NCBI GenBank assembly: GCA_034780895.1
Contig: JAUZTB010000072.1
Coordinates: 16,471,973 to 16,535,972 of the forward strand
Reading direction: 5' to 3'
Length of the DNA stretch: 64,000 bases
From: Rhynchobatus australiae
Taxonomy: Eukaryota
Made by a program: the position numbers and the translations under genes. Shown in pieces: positions 37,030 through 50,186 of this stretch. The notes beneath the pieces are model-generated. The model did no database searches. It saw nothing but the letters and a program-made list of their open reading frames with translations, and was not told where the DNA came from. The first letter of the stretch is position 1, and the number at the start of each line of letters is the position of its first letter.

Positions 37030-38880
37030 CAGGATCTGGGTGTTCTAGCAAGGTCAGCATTTGTTGCCCATCACTAACTGCCTGTGAGAAGGTGGCGCTG
37101 CGGTCCATCAAGGTGAAGATACTTCCATGGTTATGCTGGGGAGGGAGTTGCAAGGTGTAGCTACAGCAATTTAGGACCAACGAGAAGCTTCCTAGTCAGG
37201 ATAGTGTGCAACATGGAGGGGAACTTGCATATGGTGGTGTTTCCATGCACCACCTGCCTTTCTCTCCTTGGTAGGAGAGGTTGCAGATTTGGTAGGTGCT
37301 GCTGGAGTAGTCTAGGCAAGTAAATGCAGTACATTTTGTTGATGGTACTCACTGCAGCCGTCATGGTGGAGAGCATGAATATTTTTTTTGGGGGGGGGGG
37401 GTGGTAACCAATCAGGTAAACTGCTTTATCTTGGATGATATCAAGCTGCTTGAGAGTTGTTGGTGCTACATTCATCCAAGCAAGTGGAAAGTACTCCAAG
37501 TTCCTGATTTGTGCCTTTAAAGATATAGCGTGCTCCTGTAGCCATGAAATTTGTGTCTGGCCTAGTAGAAGTTTTGGCCTACAGTGATCCCAGGATATTG
37601 GTTGTGAGTACATGGTGCTGGTAATATTAAACGTCAATATTAGGTGATTAGACTCTGTTGTTGAATATGGGCATAGCCTGGCACATTGGCATGTGTGTTA
37701 CTTGCGACTAATCAGCATGTGCTTGAATGTTGTCTAGGTCTTGATGCATGCGGACAAGGGTTGTTACTTTTGCTGAGGAGTTACAAACATTGGGCAATCA
37801 TCAACCTGTGATCTAATGCCAGGAAGGTTATTGATGAAACAACTGAAGATGGTTGGGTCCAGGACAGTTCAGTTCTGCAAGGATGAGCTGGGGTGAGGAT
37901 GATTGATCTCCAACAACCACAACCCTGTTCCTTTGTGTGAGGAATGACTCTGAACACTTATTGATTTTTCACTTATTGACTTCAGTTTTACTGGGTCACC
38001 TTGATGCCACAGTTGGTCAAGTTTTTTCCTTGAAGTCAAGAGCAGTCACTCTTACCTTCCTTCCAGAATTTAGCTCTTTGACCGTGTTTGGACTTAAGGC
38101 TGTAATAAATCTGGAGCTGAGAGGTTCTGGCAAAATCAAAATTGGGTGAGTAAGCGCTGCTGGATTGCACTGTCAGTGAGACCTTCCATCACATTGACAA
38201 ATGGACTGATCAGAGAGTAATTATCTGGATTAGATATGCCCTGCTTTTTTGTGAACAGGACAAACCTAGGCAATTTTCCACATTGTGTGGTAGATTCCAG
38301 TGCTGTATCTGTACTGGAACAGCTCTGCTAGAGCGGTAACTGGTTCTGGAGAGTAGGTTTTCAGCACTACATTTGGCACGTTTTCTGTTCCTGGATGCTT
38401 TTGCTATATCCTGTGATCTCAGCTGTTTCTTGCTAACACTTAGTGAATCAAATTATCTGGAAACTGCCTTTTGAGATGTAGGGATCTCAAGAGGAAGGCA
38501 CAATGGTGATCATCTATTTGAATCTTCGGACTGAATATGTGGAATTGTGCTCTTAGCACATGCTGAGTCCTGCCATTGGTGAGGATGGGAATGTTTTCAG
38601 AGTCTCCTCCCATTAGCTGTTTAATTGTCCACTGCCATTCACAAATAGATGTGGTCGGACTGCAGGGCTTCAATCTGAACTGTTGGTTATGAGATTGCCT
38701 ATTGCATGGGTTTTCTGTTTAGCAATCAAGTAGTCCTGTATTGCAGCTTCTCTAGGCTGGTACCTAGTGCTGGTCCCAGCATATCCTCATGAACATGGTT
38801 GATGTCCTTGCTTGATGATAGTATAAGGGATGTGCTGGAACATGAGATTACAGGTAGATTGTGAATACTGCCAGGCTAGT
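37030..38880 (-). mobile_element. Degenerate CR1/L2-clade LINE RT fragment
   Basis: KAQIRNLEYFPLAWMNVAPTTLKQLDIIQDKAVYLIG; many stops. Confidence 0.6.
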
Positions 38881-39248
38881 CTCTCTGAGAGACATTAAAG
38901 CCAGGTCCAACCTTGAACTCTGTTTTCAAGTTATGTCTTCCAGCCTATGTCATTAGTCCAGAATTGGTTAACTGGCTGATTTTTATTTGTCCCCCCATCC
39001 ATCCCTGCCCAGAATTCATAGTGGCATACTTTAGAAACTACCTGCCTGAGGAATAACTGTATACATTCCGCCTTGGTTGCTGGGTATAAGCTTAGCAGTT
39101 GCTGAGTATCGTTTCCGATCCAGTTCCGAGTGATGAAAATGCTGAAACATTCCTGTAGAAGCCAAGTTAATTGTGCCATTTATGTTCTGTTCCAAATTGA
39201 AACATCACATGAATGCTTTTTCATCACTGTCTCTGTATTCACCTTTAG

Positions 39249-39369
39249 GATCCTGGAGAGTCTATTAGTTGCGATGGTTACCACGATGGTAATCTTTATA
39301 GCCTCCGTGACTCTAGGGGAGTGNNNNNNNNNNNNNNNNCAAACTCATAGCAACAATGCAACACTCCAG
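39249..39369 (+). CDS. CLCN6: CLCN6 exon 13 (RILESLLVAMVTTMVIFIASVTLGE...QTHSNNATLQ)
   Basis: 121 bp including 16 N; frame preserved. Confidence 0.9.
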
Positions 39370-40689
39370 GTGAGTGTAACATTCATGCTCTTACACTCAC
39401 TACACAGTCTTGTATTCTAGAGGAAATGAATTTGTTTGTAATAACTTTTGGGGAGAGGAGATGTTTTGGGTTCATTGATATCGCTCTGTATCTCAGTGAT
39501 TTATTGGACACCATTGGTTTTGTGTCCCTCCTCCCAACAGTTGCTGACAGTCAATGTGAATCGTCAACAAGCAGTGAAACAGTAAGGTTTAAGCAGCGTA
39601 AGAAAGGGCTTTTATTTATTGTGTATGTGATCAAAATTGTTAGCTTTCAGACATCATCACGCTCCAAGAATGTATTGTGAGTTCCTTTTATAATAAGAAC
39701 TTTTTTAAATGAAGGTAAATGGTTTTAACTAACTACTGATCTTGAGCTTCTCAGTGCAATAGGCATAAATACTGAGTACTTCAGTGTTTCAGTCAGAAGG
39801 ATGCAGGTGTACACGATGGTGGGTACCCGGTTTGCTCTGCCTTGAAATAGCATTTCTCTGAAGCACACATGCTATGGAGAAAAGCAGCATCTTTGAGATG
39901 TGTGCCCAAGCATGGTACAGCTGCACATTTCCAAATTTGACACCTCCGTTTTTGAAAAATAAATTGCTGTTTAGCATTCAAAATAAGTTTGGCTATATTC
40001 AGACCAGTTGTTGTCTCAGGAGCACCCTGAACTCGGTGATCATTTGTACTTAAGTATTTGACATAGGGATTAAAAGTTCAGTTTGTCCCTGGTAATTGGA
40101 GGTTTTGGCTCATTCTCTGTGACAGGTAAAACTCCCAAGTGTTATAAATATAAAAACAGAAAATACTGGCCATATGCTGTGGAGTGAGCAGATCAGTGAC
40201 CTTTCATCAGGAATGTGAAAAGTTTGAAATGAAATAAGTTTTCAGTTGCAGAGAGAGGGGCAGAGAAAACAAAAGGGAAGGAGACCGTGAAGGAGTCGGA
40301 AGTTGATTTCCTGTGCCTTTGAGCATGCTTTCTTTGAGTGTTTTTGGAACCCTGGAGACTACAGATGGGTCAGAATGGCTTGGTGAATTAAAATGACTTC
40401 AGCTGAAAGGTTGTGGTCACCCTTGTGATCACCCAACCTATGCTTGGTTTCCCCAGTGTAGGGGAGACTATATCATGAGGACAAAATGCTGATGTAGGAT
40501 TACCAGTAACTTCTGTTCTTATTTCGAATTTGTAGCAATTGCAGTGTTTAGCTTTTGAATTTTTGATGTAAATGGGTGTCTAGTATGGATTTGCTGGTTC
40601 ATGTACCTGGCTCCTATGACTGACACCTTGTGAATTAATTCTGTCGCTATGCAATCTGTTATTAAGTACTTCAACTTAATTTCCCTCAG

Positions 40690-40816
40690 GTATCTGAGGA
40701 GGATGTGAATTCCAGCATCAAAACCTTCTTCTGTCGCAATCATACCTATAATGACATGGCTACATTGTTCTTCAACCCACAAGAGACTGCCATTCTCCAG
40801 CTATTCCACCAAGATG
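40690..40816 (+). CDS. CLCN6: CLCN6 exon 14 (VSEEDVNSSIKTFFCRNHTYNDMATLFFNPQETAILQLFHQD)
   Basis: 127 bp, AG/GT boundaries. Confidence 0.94.
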
Positions 40817-41435
40817 GTGAGTCACAGTAGATTTTGTGTGATAAATTTTGCATTCATTTTGGCTTCATGTAGTAAATGTCTGCTTATCTTGACCCTAGAC
40901 CTTCATTAGTGTGCCTGTGTGCTGCAGCTGCTGATCTCACACTCAGCTATAGTCCCAAGACGACTGAACCCTCTTCACTCCACATAATTTCCTTACCAAC
41001 CCCCCTCCTCCCCCCATTGCTATTCCATGTCCCCAACTCCATGAAAACGTCCCTGGGTTTGTTGGGGGGGGGGGGGGGAGGGGTTGGGGGCAGATGTCAT
41101 CCAACTGAAAATTTCAATCTTGATTTTTGTTGAAACAAGTTATATTGAACTGAGATGCGAGTGATCTGACTGAATGACAAAACAAGCTGTAGAGGCTGAA
41201 TGGTTCTGTACTCTTTCATAGGGACTGGCTCACTTCTCAACTGCAATTTCATTAGTCAAAAATCAAGAGAACAGATGCCATAAATTAGTTGATTGTTGTA
41301 ATTGCCCAAATGATCCATGTGTACATACGGTGTCAAAGATTGGTCTAGTGAATGAGCCATGCACAATGCCTAATAGTAGATCAGCTGAAGGATTTTGCTT
41401 TTATGTAAGCTGTTCCATTGTTCTTGTTTCTGCAG

Positions 41436-41589
41436 GAACCTTCAGTCCAGTCACTCTGAGCATTTTCTTCATTCTTTACTTTATTCTGGCCTGTTGGACA
41501 TATGGTTTGTCTGTCCCCAGTGGACTTTTTGTGCCCTCGTTGCTGTGCGGTGCTGCCTATGGTCGACTTGTGGCAAACGTTCTGAAAAC
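41436..41589 (+). CDS. CLCN6: CLCN6 exon 15 ([12 protein letters not shown]...[25 protein letters not shown])
   Basis: 154 bp, GLFVP motif. Confidence 0.96.
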
Positions 41590-41874
41590 GTGAGTGTTCC
41601 GAGGATAAGTTTAGTGCAATTAGTTTCCAAATCTCTGTGTATCTGTGGAGACTGCTGTCAATTCAAGATGATTGCAAATGTTGGTGTGCAGTGGATTATA
41701 GCAAGTCTTTGGTTATGCAAAGGAACATACACCACATCTATATTTCACATCCTGAGGGATAGGGAAGGGATAGAAAATGTTGGAACACTGGACAAAGGGA
41801 GCTAGTGGGGTATAGAGTGGTGTTGTGATGTATTAGATGTAACTGCTTTTAAAGAGTTTTCTTTTAATCTCTAG

Positions 41875-42034
41875 GTACATTGGGATGTCTCACATCTATT
41901 CTGGAACTTTTGCTCTAGTGGGAGCTGCTGCGTTCCTGGGGGGCGTGGTTCGTATGACCATCAGTCTCACTGTCATTCTCATTGAATCAACCAATGAAAT
42001 CACATATGGATTGCCCATCATGGTCACATTGATG
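41875..42034 (+). CDS. CLCN6: CLCN6 exon 16 ([54 protein letters not shown])
   Basis: 160 bp, AG/GT boundaries. Confidence 0.96.
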
Positions 42035-42169
42035 GTATGTCTGTTCGGGGGGCAGGGTGGGGATTGGGTTCCTCAGTATGTGCTGGTAGAGGTCAATGAT
42101 ATGCTAATAATCTTGCAGTCATCTTGTGAAGAAAGTTTGAACTGTTATGGTTGGTTGGATTCTGTTGGA

Positions 42170-42560
42170 ATTTAGAGTAAGCAATGACTTGATTGAAATA
42201 TTTAACATCCTGGGGGGTTTGGGTGGATGTAGCGAGGATCTTTCTGTTTGTGGAAAAATATAGAATTTGAGGTCAATGTTTAAATAAGTGTTGCCCATTT
42301 TAGACAAATGAAATTAATTATTTTCCTCTTGGGGTCATCTGTCTTTGAAACTGTCTTCCTCAAAGGCTGTTTGAAGCAGAGTCTTTGGATATTTTTAAGG
42401 CAGAAATAGATGGATTCTTGATGTGCAAGGGAGTGAAAGGTTACCAGCAATAGACAGGAATGTGCGGATGAGGTTACAATTGGATTAGTCTTGATCTTAC
42501 TGAATGGCAGAGCAGGCTTGCAGGTCTAAGTGCCCTACCCTTCCTGATTTGTATGTTCAT
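42170..42560 (+). mobile_element. CR1 LINE 3' fragment
   Basis: 'gacttgattgaaatatttaacatcctg...tttaaggcagaaatagatggattcttg' CR1-type tail. Confidence 0.6.
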
Positions 42561-42840
42561 ATATAAATGTTGAGTGCAAGGTTCAGACTGGAATAGTGGT
42601 ACTATGTGTTAGAATTAGCTGTAACTTTATGCATTCCCAATTGTAGCTGTGCTTCTCAGTGATTGGTATCTCCAGAGCTACTGTTTCAGTGAATAGGAAG
42701 CTGTCTTGTGGGCTGTGGAGTCATGAGACTGGTAAATAACAGTTACATTTGATCTGCAAGGTACCAAATGCTACTAACTTTTGACATCAGGTAAGTTTAA
42801 TCAAAGACTTCCATCTTTCTTCCTCTCCATGTTTCTCCAG

Positions 42841-42947
42841 GTGGCAAAGTGGACAGGCGATTTCTTCAATAAAGGAATTTACGACCTGCATGTGGCACTT
42901 CGTGGTGTCCCATTGCTTGAATGGGAAACTGAGGCTGAAATGGATAA
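42841..42947 (+). CDS. CLCN6: CLCN6 exon 17 (VAKWTGDFFNKGIYDLHVALRGVPLLEWETEAEMD)
   Basis: 107 bp, central Tyr motif GIYD. Confidence 0.95.
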
Positions 42948-43453
42948 GTAGGTGTTTATCATTTAAGACTCCTGCACTATCCTGTCTGTTTTTGTCAAAT
43001 AGTTGGTGTAATCAATGAATTGATGAGCAAATGATTAGGTTTGATTTGAAATCATGGTTTGCCCATTTGAGAGAGATGCATGTTACACCAATATCTGGGG
43101 AAGTGCAAAACTATTGGTTCTGAGAATCAATCATTCATCTTCACTGAATCCCTCTGATCTACTTGTTGCAATTCATTAGTTCAATGTGTTGTTAGAGACT
43201 TCATTAATGGTATGGAAGTTTTTGAGTCTTTAGTATTTGCTGATGCAGCAGGTGTCTGGGCTTTTGCAGAATAACATGATGGTTGCATTAGGGGTTCCCT
43301 CCCTGAGTCAAACTGAGTTTTGCAATTTTACTTTGGGCACATTGTAAGTGGTGGGACTGCGCAGTGGTTCTGGACTGGATATCTGCTGAGGCGTTGTAAA
43401 ATAAATCCCAATTTGAAAGACTGGAATTTGATTGTCTTTATGTTCAATTGCAG

Positions 43454-43640
43454 GTTGACAGCCAGTGATATCATGGAGCCAAATCTAACCTATGTCTATC
43501 CTCATACCCGAATCCAATCATTGGTCAGTATTCTGCGCACCACCGCACATCACGCATACCCTGTTGTCACAGAAAACAGAGGGAATGAGAAGGAGTTCAT
43601 GAAAGGAAACATCCTCATCAGCAACAACATTAAGTTTAAG
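43454..43640 (+). CDS. CLCN6: CLCN6 exon 18 (CBS1: KLTASDIMEPNLTYVYPHTRIQ...NNIKFK)
   Basis: 187 bp, AG/GT boundaries. Confidence 0.96.
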
Positions 43641-46639
43641 GTAAATCTACATTAGTGTGATATCAGCACAGCAAATCCAAGCATGGTGCAAGTAACATCA
43701 CCTATATCTCAGATAGCGTTGGAGAATGGTCTCTAGCGGCAAATTAGAGTATAACTAAGCCATTGAGGTAATACCAATGGACAATGATGCGTTCTAACTG
43801 TAGGATGATATTGGGAAACAAAGCAATGTTGATGGAAAGCCAAGTAGTGGGATTATATTTGGACGCAATGGGCCAAATCACTGAACTAATGAAGAAACTT
43901 AAAAAAAACTTTGTCCCAAAGCCCTTGATAACCAGTAGTTTGAAGAACAGCCACTGTTAAGACATAAAAAATGCAGCAGCCTATGTAGGTATATTGAGCT
44001 CCCTAAAACAGAAACAGGATGAACTATCAAGTGATCTGTTTTGATGCAACTGAATCATAAATATTTATTCCAGAAAACAACATAAGCTACAGTACTTTTG
44101 TGTGAAATGATCATTTGCAGACTATTGTCTATTGATTGACCCTTTCCTAGGNNNNNNNNNNNNNNNNNNNNNNNNNNNNNNNNNNNNNNNNNNNNNNNNN
44201 NNNNNNNNNNNNNNNNNNNNNNNNNNNNNNNNNNNNNNNNNNNNNNNNNNNNNNNNNNNNNNNGAAATTGGGAAGAAAGTTTGGGAGGTAGAGGAAAGAG
44301 GGTTGGAAAAATAAGGAAGTAGTTTGATGATGGTTAATGGTGTACAGCAATGTAAAGGTTCTAGGAAATATGAGATGAAAACAGAAAATACTGGAATTAC
44401 TCAGTAAGTCAGGCAGCATGCCTCTTAGTAAGTCAGGCAGCATGCCCCTTAGGGAAGCAAAATTGGCATTTCAGGTAAATTACTTCCTGCTCCACAGATC
44501 TGAGTTTTTCCAGCATTCTTTTTCAAATTTCCAGCATCTGCAGTTTTTTGGCTTTGGGAAATAAGAGATGAGTTGAGAACAAAGACACTTAGAAGTGTAT
44601 GATATTGCTGAAATATAATTTAAAGGAGGACAGGAGCAGCAGTTGAACTTCTCTGTTTACAAGATTTTCAGAGAAATGGTAGTTCAAAAGAGGTGGTGCG
44701 AGCAGTGTTGCAACTGGTTAACATATCACTTCACATAGTTGAAATTGTTAATGTGGTAGAAAGAATAATTGAGGCCATAAAGGTTGAACTGAAAAACAAG
44801 GGGCAAATATAACAAGTATTAACTACAGATCCCTGAGCAAGATAGAGGGAGATAGGAGAACCAATATATAGTGAAATCTTTGAAAAGTACAAAGCCAAGA
44901 AAAGTAGATTTTGGCTACCCAAACATTAACTAAGTGTGAAATTATGTGTAAGTAATGAAGAATGTGGAATTCTTAAAATGCATTCTGGCAACCTTTAGTT
45001 GGTACAGTATGTCGTCAGCCCAAATGCAGAATTTGGTATTGGGCGAGTGGGAGGAGTAATAAAGGAGTGGAAAGGTTGCATTTTGGGGTAGTGACTGTAG
45101 TGCAGATGGATTTAACATACTTAAAGAAAATGGAAATGATAAAACACAAAAAAAAACTTCTGAACTAGGGAAAGACCAATTCCACAGATGTGATCTGGCG
45201 AAAATAACTGGATATGGCTCCTTGCAGCTAAATCCACAGCAGTGGGACTTTCATTTTCATGCTATTTCCTATTAGTAGAATGGTCCATAACTGGATAATT
45301 AGTGAAAGGATTACTGAGGAGTTAATGCTTTTCAACCAGAAGATGTAGTCCGGAGCTTGATGCCTGAAGGTAGCAGAAGCAGATTTCATTTTAACAAATG
45401 AAAGTTTTTAAGAAAAAATCAAACTGGAGATGCTGGAAATCTAAAACAAAAAATAACAATGCTGGAAATATTCAGCAGTTCAGCTGACAAAGGAAGGCTA
45501 ATTCTGTTTCTTTTCCCACAGATGCTGCCTGACCAGCTGAGTAATTCCTGCGTTTTCTGTTCTCATTTCTAAAAATGTGTGAAATCTGAGGCCTACAACT
45601 TGATGGTGNNNNNNNNNNNNNNNNNNNNNNNNNNNNNNNNNNNNNNNNNNNNNNNNNNNNNNNNNNNNNNNNNNNNNNNNNNNNNNNNNNNNNNNNNNNN
45701 NNNNNNNNGTGGGTGGGTGGAGAGAGGAGGAGAGTGGGAAATTGTTGGATAACTTCTGTGGCTGACAAGTCAAAATGGGCCAAATAGCAATCTACTGTGC
45801 CTGAGATTTCTATGATTTCATTAAATTCCTTGCAGTAGTGATGGTAGCCACCAGAGTGTGCCTGTGATCTATCACTCCTGGGTTTTTCCTCATCTTTCAC
45901 CTTCTTGAAGTTCACTTCTACAATCGCTTGCATATTTTCAAACCACTTGTCAATTAAATACTTTAATTTCTCTCTCTTTTTTTTTTGTTCGTGTTACTGA
46001 GTATCTGAAAGAAATAAAGATACTAACAATTACAAAAATTTTTCTTGTTTCCAACCCCTTTTCCATTGACTTTCATCTCACATTGCTCTCACTGTCAATC
46101 CCAAAACTATATCTCTTTGATTTATATTGAGTAACATGCGAAGAGAACACAGAAAAAGTGATGTTGGGATGTGATTTCCTATCAGTTGCTTGCTTGAAGC
46201 ATGCACTGAAAGGATGAGAAAGCGCACAGGGAGCATTATCAAAAATGTTTTATCAAATTTGCATTTTCATTATGCATCATACATAATATTTACATGCTTT
46301 ACAAACAGACCTCTTTTTAATTATTTAAAAATTCTTTCCACTGTAGAAATCTATGTAAATCCTTATCAAAAAAATTGTCAGTGGTTTCAAACAAATTTAC
46401 TTTCAAGCATACTTTGATCTGAATGACCTTGGTGTTATTAGGACTACTGGGATTTTGAATATTTGTGTAGTGTATTTTTAAAAAGCAGCCAGTGGACTTC
46501 TACTGAGCCAATCATAAGACACCATCTTAATTTTTTGAAAGCAGAGCTTGGAATGTTACATACATTTGATACGGGGGAAAAAGAACACTTAATTTTATAT
46601 AACGTCTTTCATGATTTCAATGTCACAAAATACTCCATG

Positions 46640-46930
46640 TTCCATTAAGTAGTTTTGAATGCATTGCCTACATTACAGCAGTGATTGTTGTGGCAGACAG
46701 TTTACTCAATCCAGTGTTGGTTGAAGAATAAATACTGGGTTGAGCACTAGGAAAGAAATTCCCTGACTTTAAATAGTGGCTTTGGAATTTTTTATGCCTA
46801 CTTGGGAGGGCTTACCTGAAGGACAGCATATCAGTACTACACTGGGAGAGTTGGTGTGGATAATGCACTAAATTCTCTGGAGTGGGACCACAATCATCTG
46901 ATTTGACAGTCAGTGTGTTGCCATGGAGTC
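46640..46930 (-). mobile_element. DeuSINE-like copy
   Basis: Reverse complement similarity to 35600-35905 (ctctggagtgggac). Confidence 0.45.
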
Positions 46931-47163
46931 ATGGCTGCAGGTTTTTACCATCTGCTTATATAATATAATTGGATTTAAAGATGTAGCCACTGGATAAAAA
47001 CAGACCTAAAATACCTTTATCTTATACTTAAATTTTTTGTTTAGCAAGGGGTTATGCAAGGATTTGGGGTTGTTGACCACGAACAGTGTCACTGTGTCAT
47101 CAGTTTTATAGACTTCTGTTTACTTTTTTTTGTGTGTCAAGGTTCACTGTTTCATTATTGCAG

Positions 47164-47321
47164 AAATCAAGTATACTGACTCGGGCTGGAGAACAATACA
47201 AACGGAGCCAGTCAATGAAATCCTACCCATCGAGTGAGCTGAGGAACGTTTGTGATGAACTGGTGAATGCTGAGGTTGCTGAGGATGGAGAGGACATTTT
47301 GCAGCAAATGCTGGAGCGTAG
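47164..47321 (+). CDS. CLCN6: CLCN6 exon 19 (KSSILTRAGEQYKRSQSMKSYPSSELRNVCDE...QQMLER)
   Basis: 158 bp, AG/GT boundaries. Confidence 0.95.
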
Positions 47322-48167
47322 GTTGGTGTAGTTGATTCATCCATTTGTTTATTTTGGAGTCCACCTTCTCACTATAATCAAATTAAATCACTTAAACATT
47401 TAGACTAGTAGCTTGCTGGGTCAGTGTTTTAGTGGACAGCTCCTGATAATACACCTCATTCAGTTGTGATGTATGGGGAATTAGTTTCCTTGTGTTCTGC
47501 CTGCATGTCTGTAATACTGTATCTTGGGGGTTGAAAACAGATCTGATCTTCTCACTATTTTAGAGAATTAGAGAGGAAGCATTTAAATTTAATTATAACT
47601 TCTTGATGGTGAGTGGCAGGCAACTGATGCTGATGTTTATGTTAATCTGTCAACACTAAAGTGTCTCAAACTGATGGAGTTTGAACCATGCCTCTGCACG
47701 TGTAGCAAATGGGTTAGTTCCCTTACTGGACTGCAGTCCTTGACGGATGAGTGCAGAAACATTTGAGTGATATAAGTGAGAAATTCTTCACCTTTGTCCA
47801 ATGTGACACAACGTTGCTTTACCATCAAGTGAACTGTCTGGTAGTCCAAGGTCATCTAAAGTGAAGTGAATAAAATACTTTCTTTGAAGCAGTTTTTGAA
47901 GAAGCATTATTCATTGTTTAAATAGCTGACTTGGGATCATGCCATGGGCTGTTTTGAAAGTTTGTGCAATGAGTTTCTAATGCAGGAAAAGGTTTTTGGA
48001 ATGATGTTTGAGATGTACAGTATATGTTATCTTAATTTTTACACCATGACCAGTGGGATTCTTTTAAGTAATATCTTGTTCAATCGTGAGCACGTTTCGA
48101 TGGTTTGTAATTATCCTGTTCAACCTTGTATGTGTACTCGCTCAGTTACTGACTATTGTTTGTGCAG

Positions 48168-48324
48168 GCATGTCCCTTATCCAAATCTTTATCCTGACCA
48201 GTCTCCCAGTGAGGACTGGACAATGGAGGAGCGCTTTCGACCTTTAACTTTTCATGGCCTTATTCTGAGATCGCAACTGGTTACCTTGCTCGTACGTGGG
48301 GTTTGCTACTCAGAGACCCATTCA
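48168..48324 (+). CDS. CLCN6: CLCN6 exon 20 (RHVPYPNLYPDQSPSEDWTMEERFRPLTFHGLILRSQLVTLLVRGVCYSETHS)
   Basis: 157 bp, AG/GT boundaries. Confidence 0.96.
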
Positions 48325-49148
48325 GTAAGTGCATGCAAATGTTGCCTTTCTGCTATTTTTTAAAAAAAATTGAATTTTAATAAATATACTGAGCAAATAT
48401 TTGTTACTTTCATGGAATGTTTTTGAGCAAAGGAGCATCTCCCAAAGTTCCTAGGACTGATATGTAGTAGGTTAGGTTGAGTTATTTTGCACCTTTTTGA
48501 AATTGTATTGAGACAGCCATGAAGGAACAACATAGTACGTTAACTAGAGAAGGTTGTTTAGTTGCATGTTAGGAGAAGACAAGTGTAAAATTTTTCTTAA
48601 AGGGTTATTAAGCAAGCAGGAAAATATCTAAAGGCCACAAACTCCATGAATGTTACTGAAATAATCAATAATTAATTCCCAGTGTAGAGTAGCAAACAGA
48701 AAGCACAGTGTTTAACTATGTGGCTTGAAGTGTTGAAGAAACAAAGACTGCTCTCTGGGGTCACAGGTCTGTATGAAATGTTTTATATCTTGTGCCTTGG
48801 AAGGAGGTATCTACAAGTAAACCAAATGGATAAAGTGGAGTAGCATTTTGAAGTAGGAAATAAGCTAAGGCACAAATGAGCAGTCAGCCACAAATGAGGA
48901 AATGAGTATATTTTGGTTCCACCTCTTGAGCCATTCACACAATTGATTCTCTAGTGGTATTGGGAGGAGGAAAAGTAGTGATTGCTTGTGGAACATTTAC
49001 AGCAAAAGTGTGGAAATAGGAATTATTCTCGTAAGGTAAGTTGAAAAAAAAACTAAATAGCCCTTCTCATCTCTAGTTAATGTTTTAATCTTTTCTTTTA
49101 CTCTATTTCTGGGCGACTTGTCTCAATCTTGCTCTGTATGCATTTCAG

Positions 49149-49256
49149 AGTTCAACACAACCACGGCTATCATACTCTGAAATGACTGAAGATTATCCAC
49201 GATACCCCGATGTTCATGACCTCGATCTGACCCTCCTCAATCCGCGTATGATTGTG
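49149..49256 (+). CDS. CLCN6: CLCN6 exon 21 (SSTQPRLSYSEMTEDYPRYPDVHDLDLTLLNPRMIV)
   Basis: 108 bp, AG/GT boundaries. Confidence 0.95.
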
Positions 49257-49309
49257 GTAAGTGTTCATGTTGGTTTCAAATAAAGCAATGACCGGCATTC
49301 TGTCCAAGA

Positions 49310-50185
49310 TAGAGGTTCTGTTCCTCCAGTTTGTGCTTGGACTTCTGGCAGTGGAGGAGGCTGAGGACTGACATATATCTGGTGGAGGGAGAGTTGAAGT
49401 GACTGGCAACGGGGAGATGCAGATTGCGGTTACGGATGGAGCGCAAGTGTTCTGCAAAACAGTCACCTAGTCTGTGTTTGCCCACACTAATGTAGAGGAG
49501 GCCACACTTGGAGCACCAAATGCAGTAGATGATATTAATTGGAGATAGTGGAGAATGATGTGTCAGATACGTGGGCTGGTAGGATGAAATGTGAGGACAC
49601 AGGGAACCCTATCCCTGTTGGGTCTGGGAGGGGTGGAGGTGAGAGCAGAGGTGCGGGAAATGGCAGAGATGCGGGTGCGAGCTCTCTCGACCACGGTAGG
49701 GGGGGATGCCGCTGTTAGTAAAGAAATTGGGCATCTCGGATGTCCTGGAGTGGAAAGCCTCATTATGGGAGCAGATGAGGAGAAATTGAGAGAAAGGAAT
49801 AGCTTCCTTACAAGAGACAGGGTCGGAGGAGCTGTAATTGAGGTAGCTGTGAGGGTCAGAGGGTTTGTAGAAGATGTCAATGGATCAGGAATCTCCTGAG
49901 ATGGCAAGATCGAGGAAGGAGAGAGAGGTGTCAGAGGTAGTCCAAGTGAATTGGAGAGCAGGGTGAAAATTTGTGGCGAAATTTATGAAACTAGAATACC
50001 ACATGGGTGGAAGACGTGGCACCAATGCAGTCGTCCATATAGTGGAGAAAGAGTTGAGGAATGGGGCCAGAGTAGGCTTGGAACAGAGACTGTTCAACGT
50101 AGCCACTGAAGAGGCAGACATAGCTGGGGCCCATGCGAGTACCCATGGCTGCGCCCTTGGTCTTTAGAAAGTGAAAAGAATCACT
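49310..50185 (-). mobile_element. Penelope-like element fragment (RT plus GIY-YIG remnant), antisense copy
   Basis: Translations KGAAMGTRMGPSYVCLF...FLHYMDDCIGA (RT), SLSFLDLAIS and HRLGDCFAEHLRSIRN (GIY-YIG); frameshifted. Confidence 0.85.
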
Positions 50186-50186
50186 T

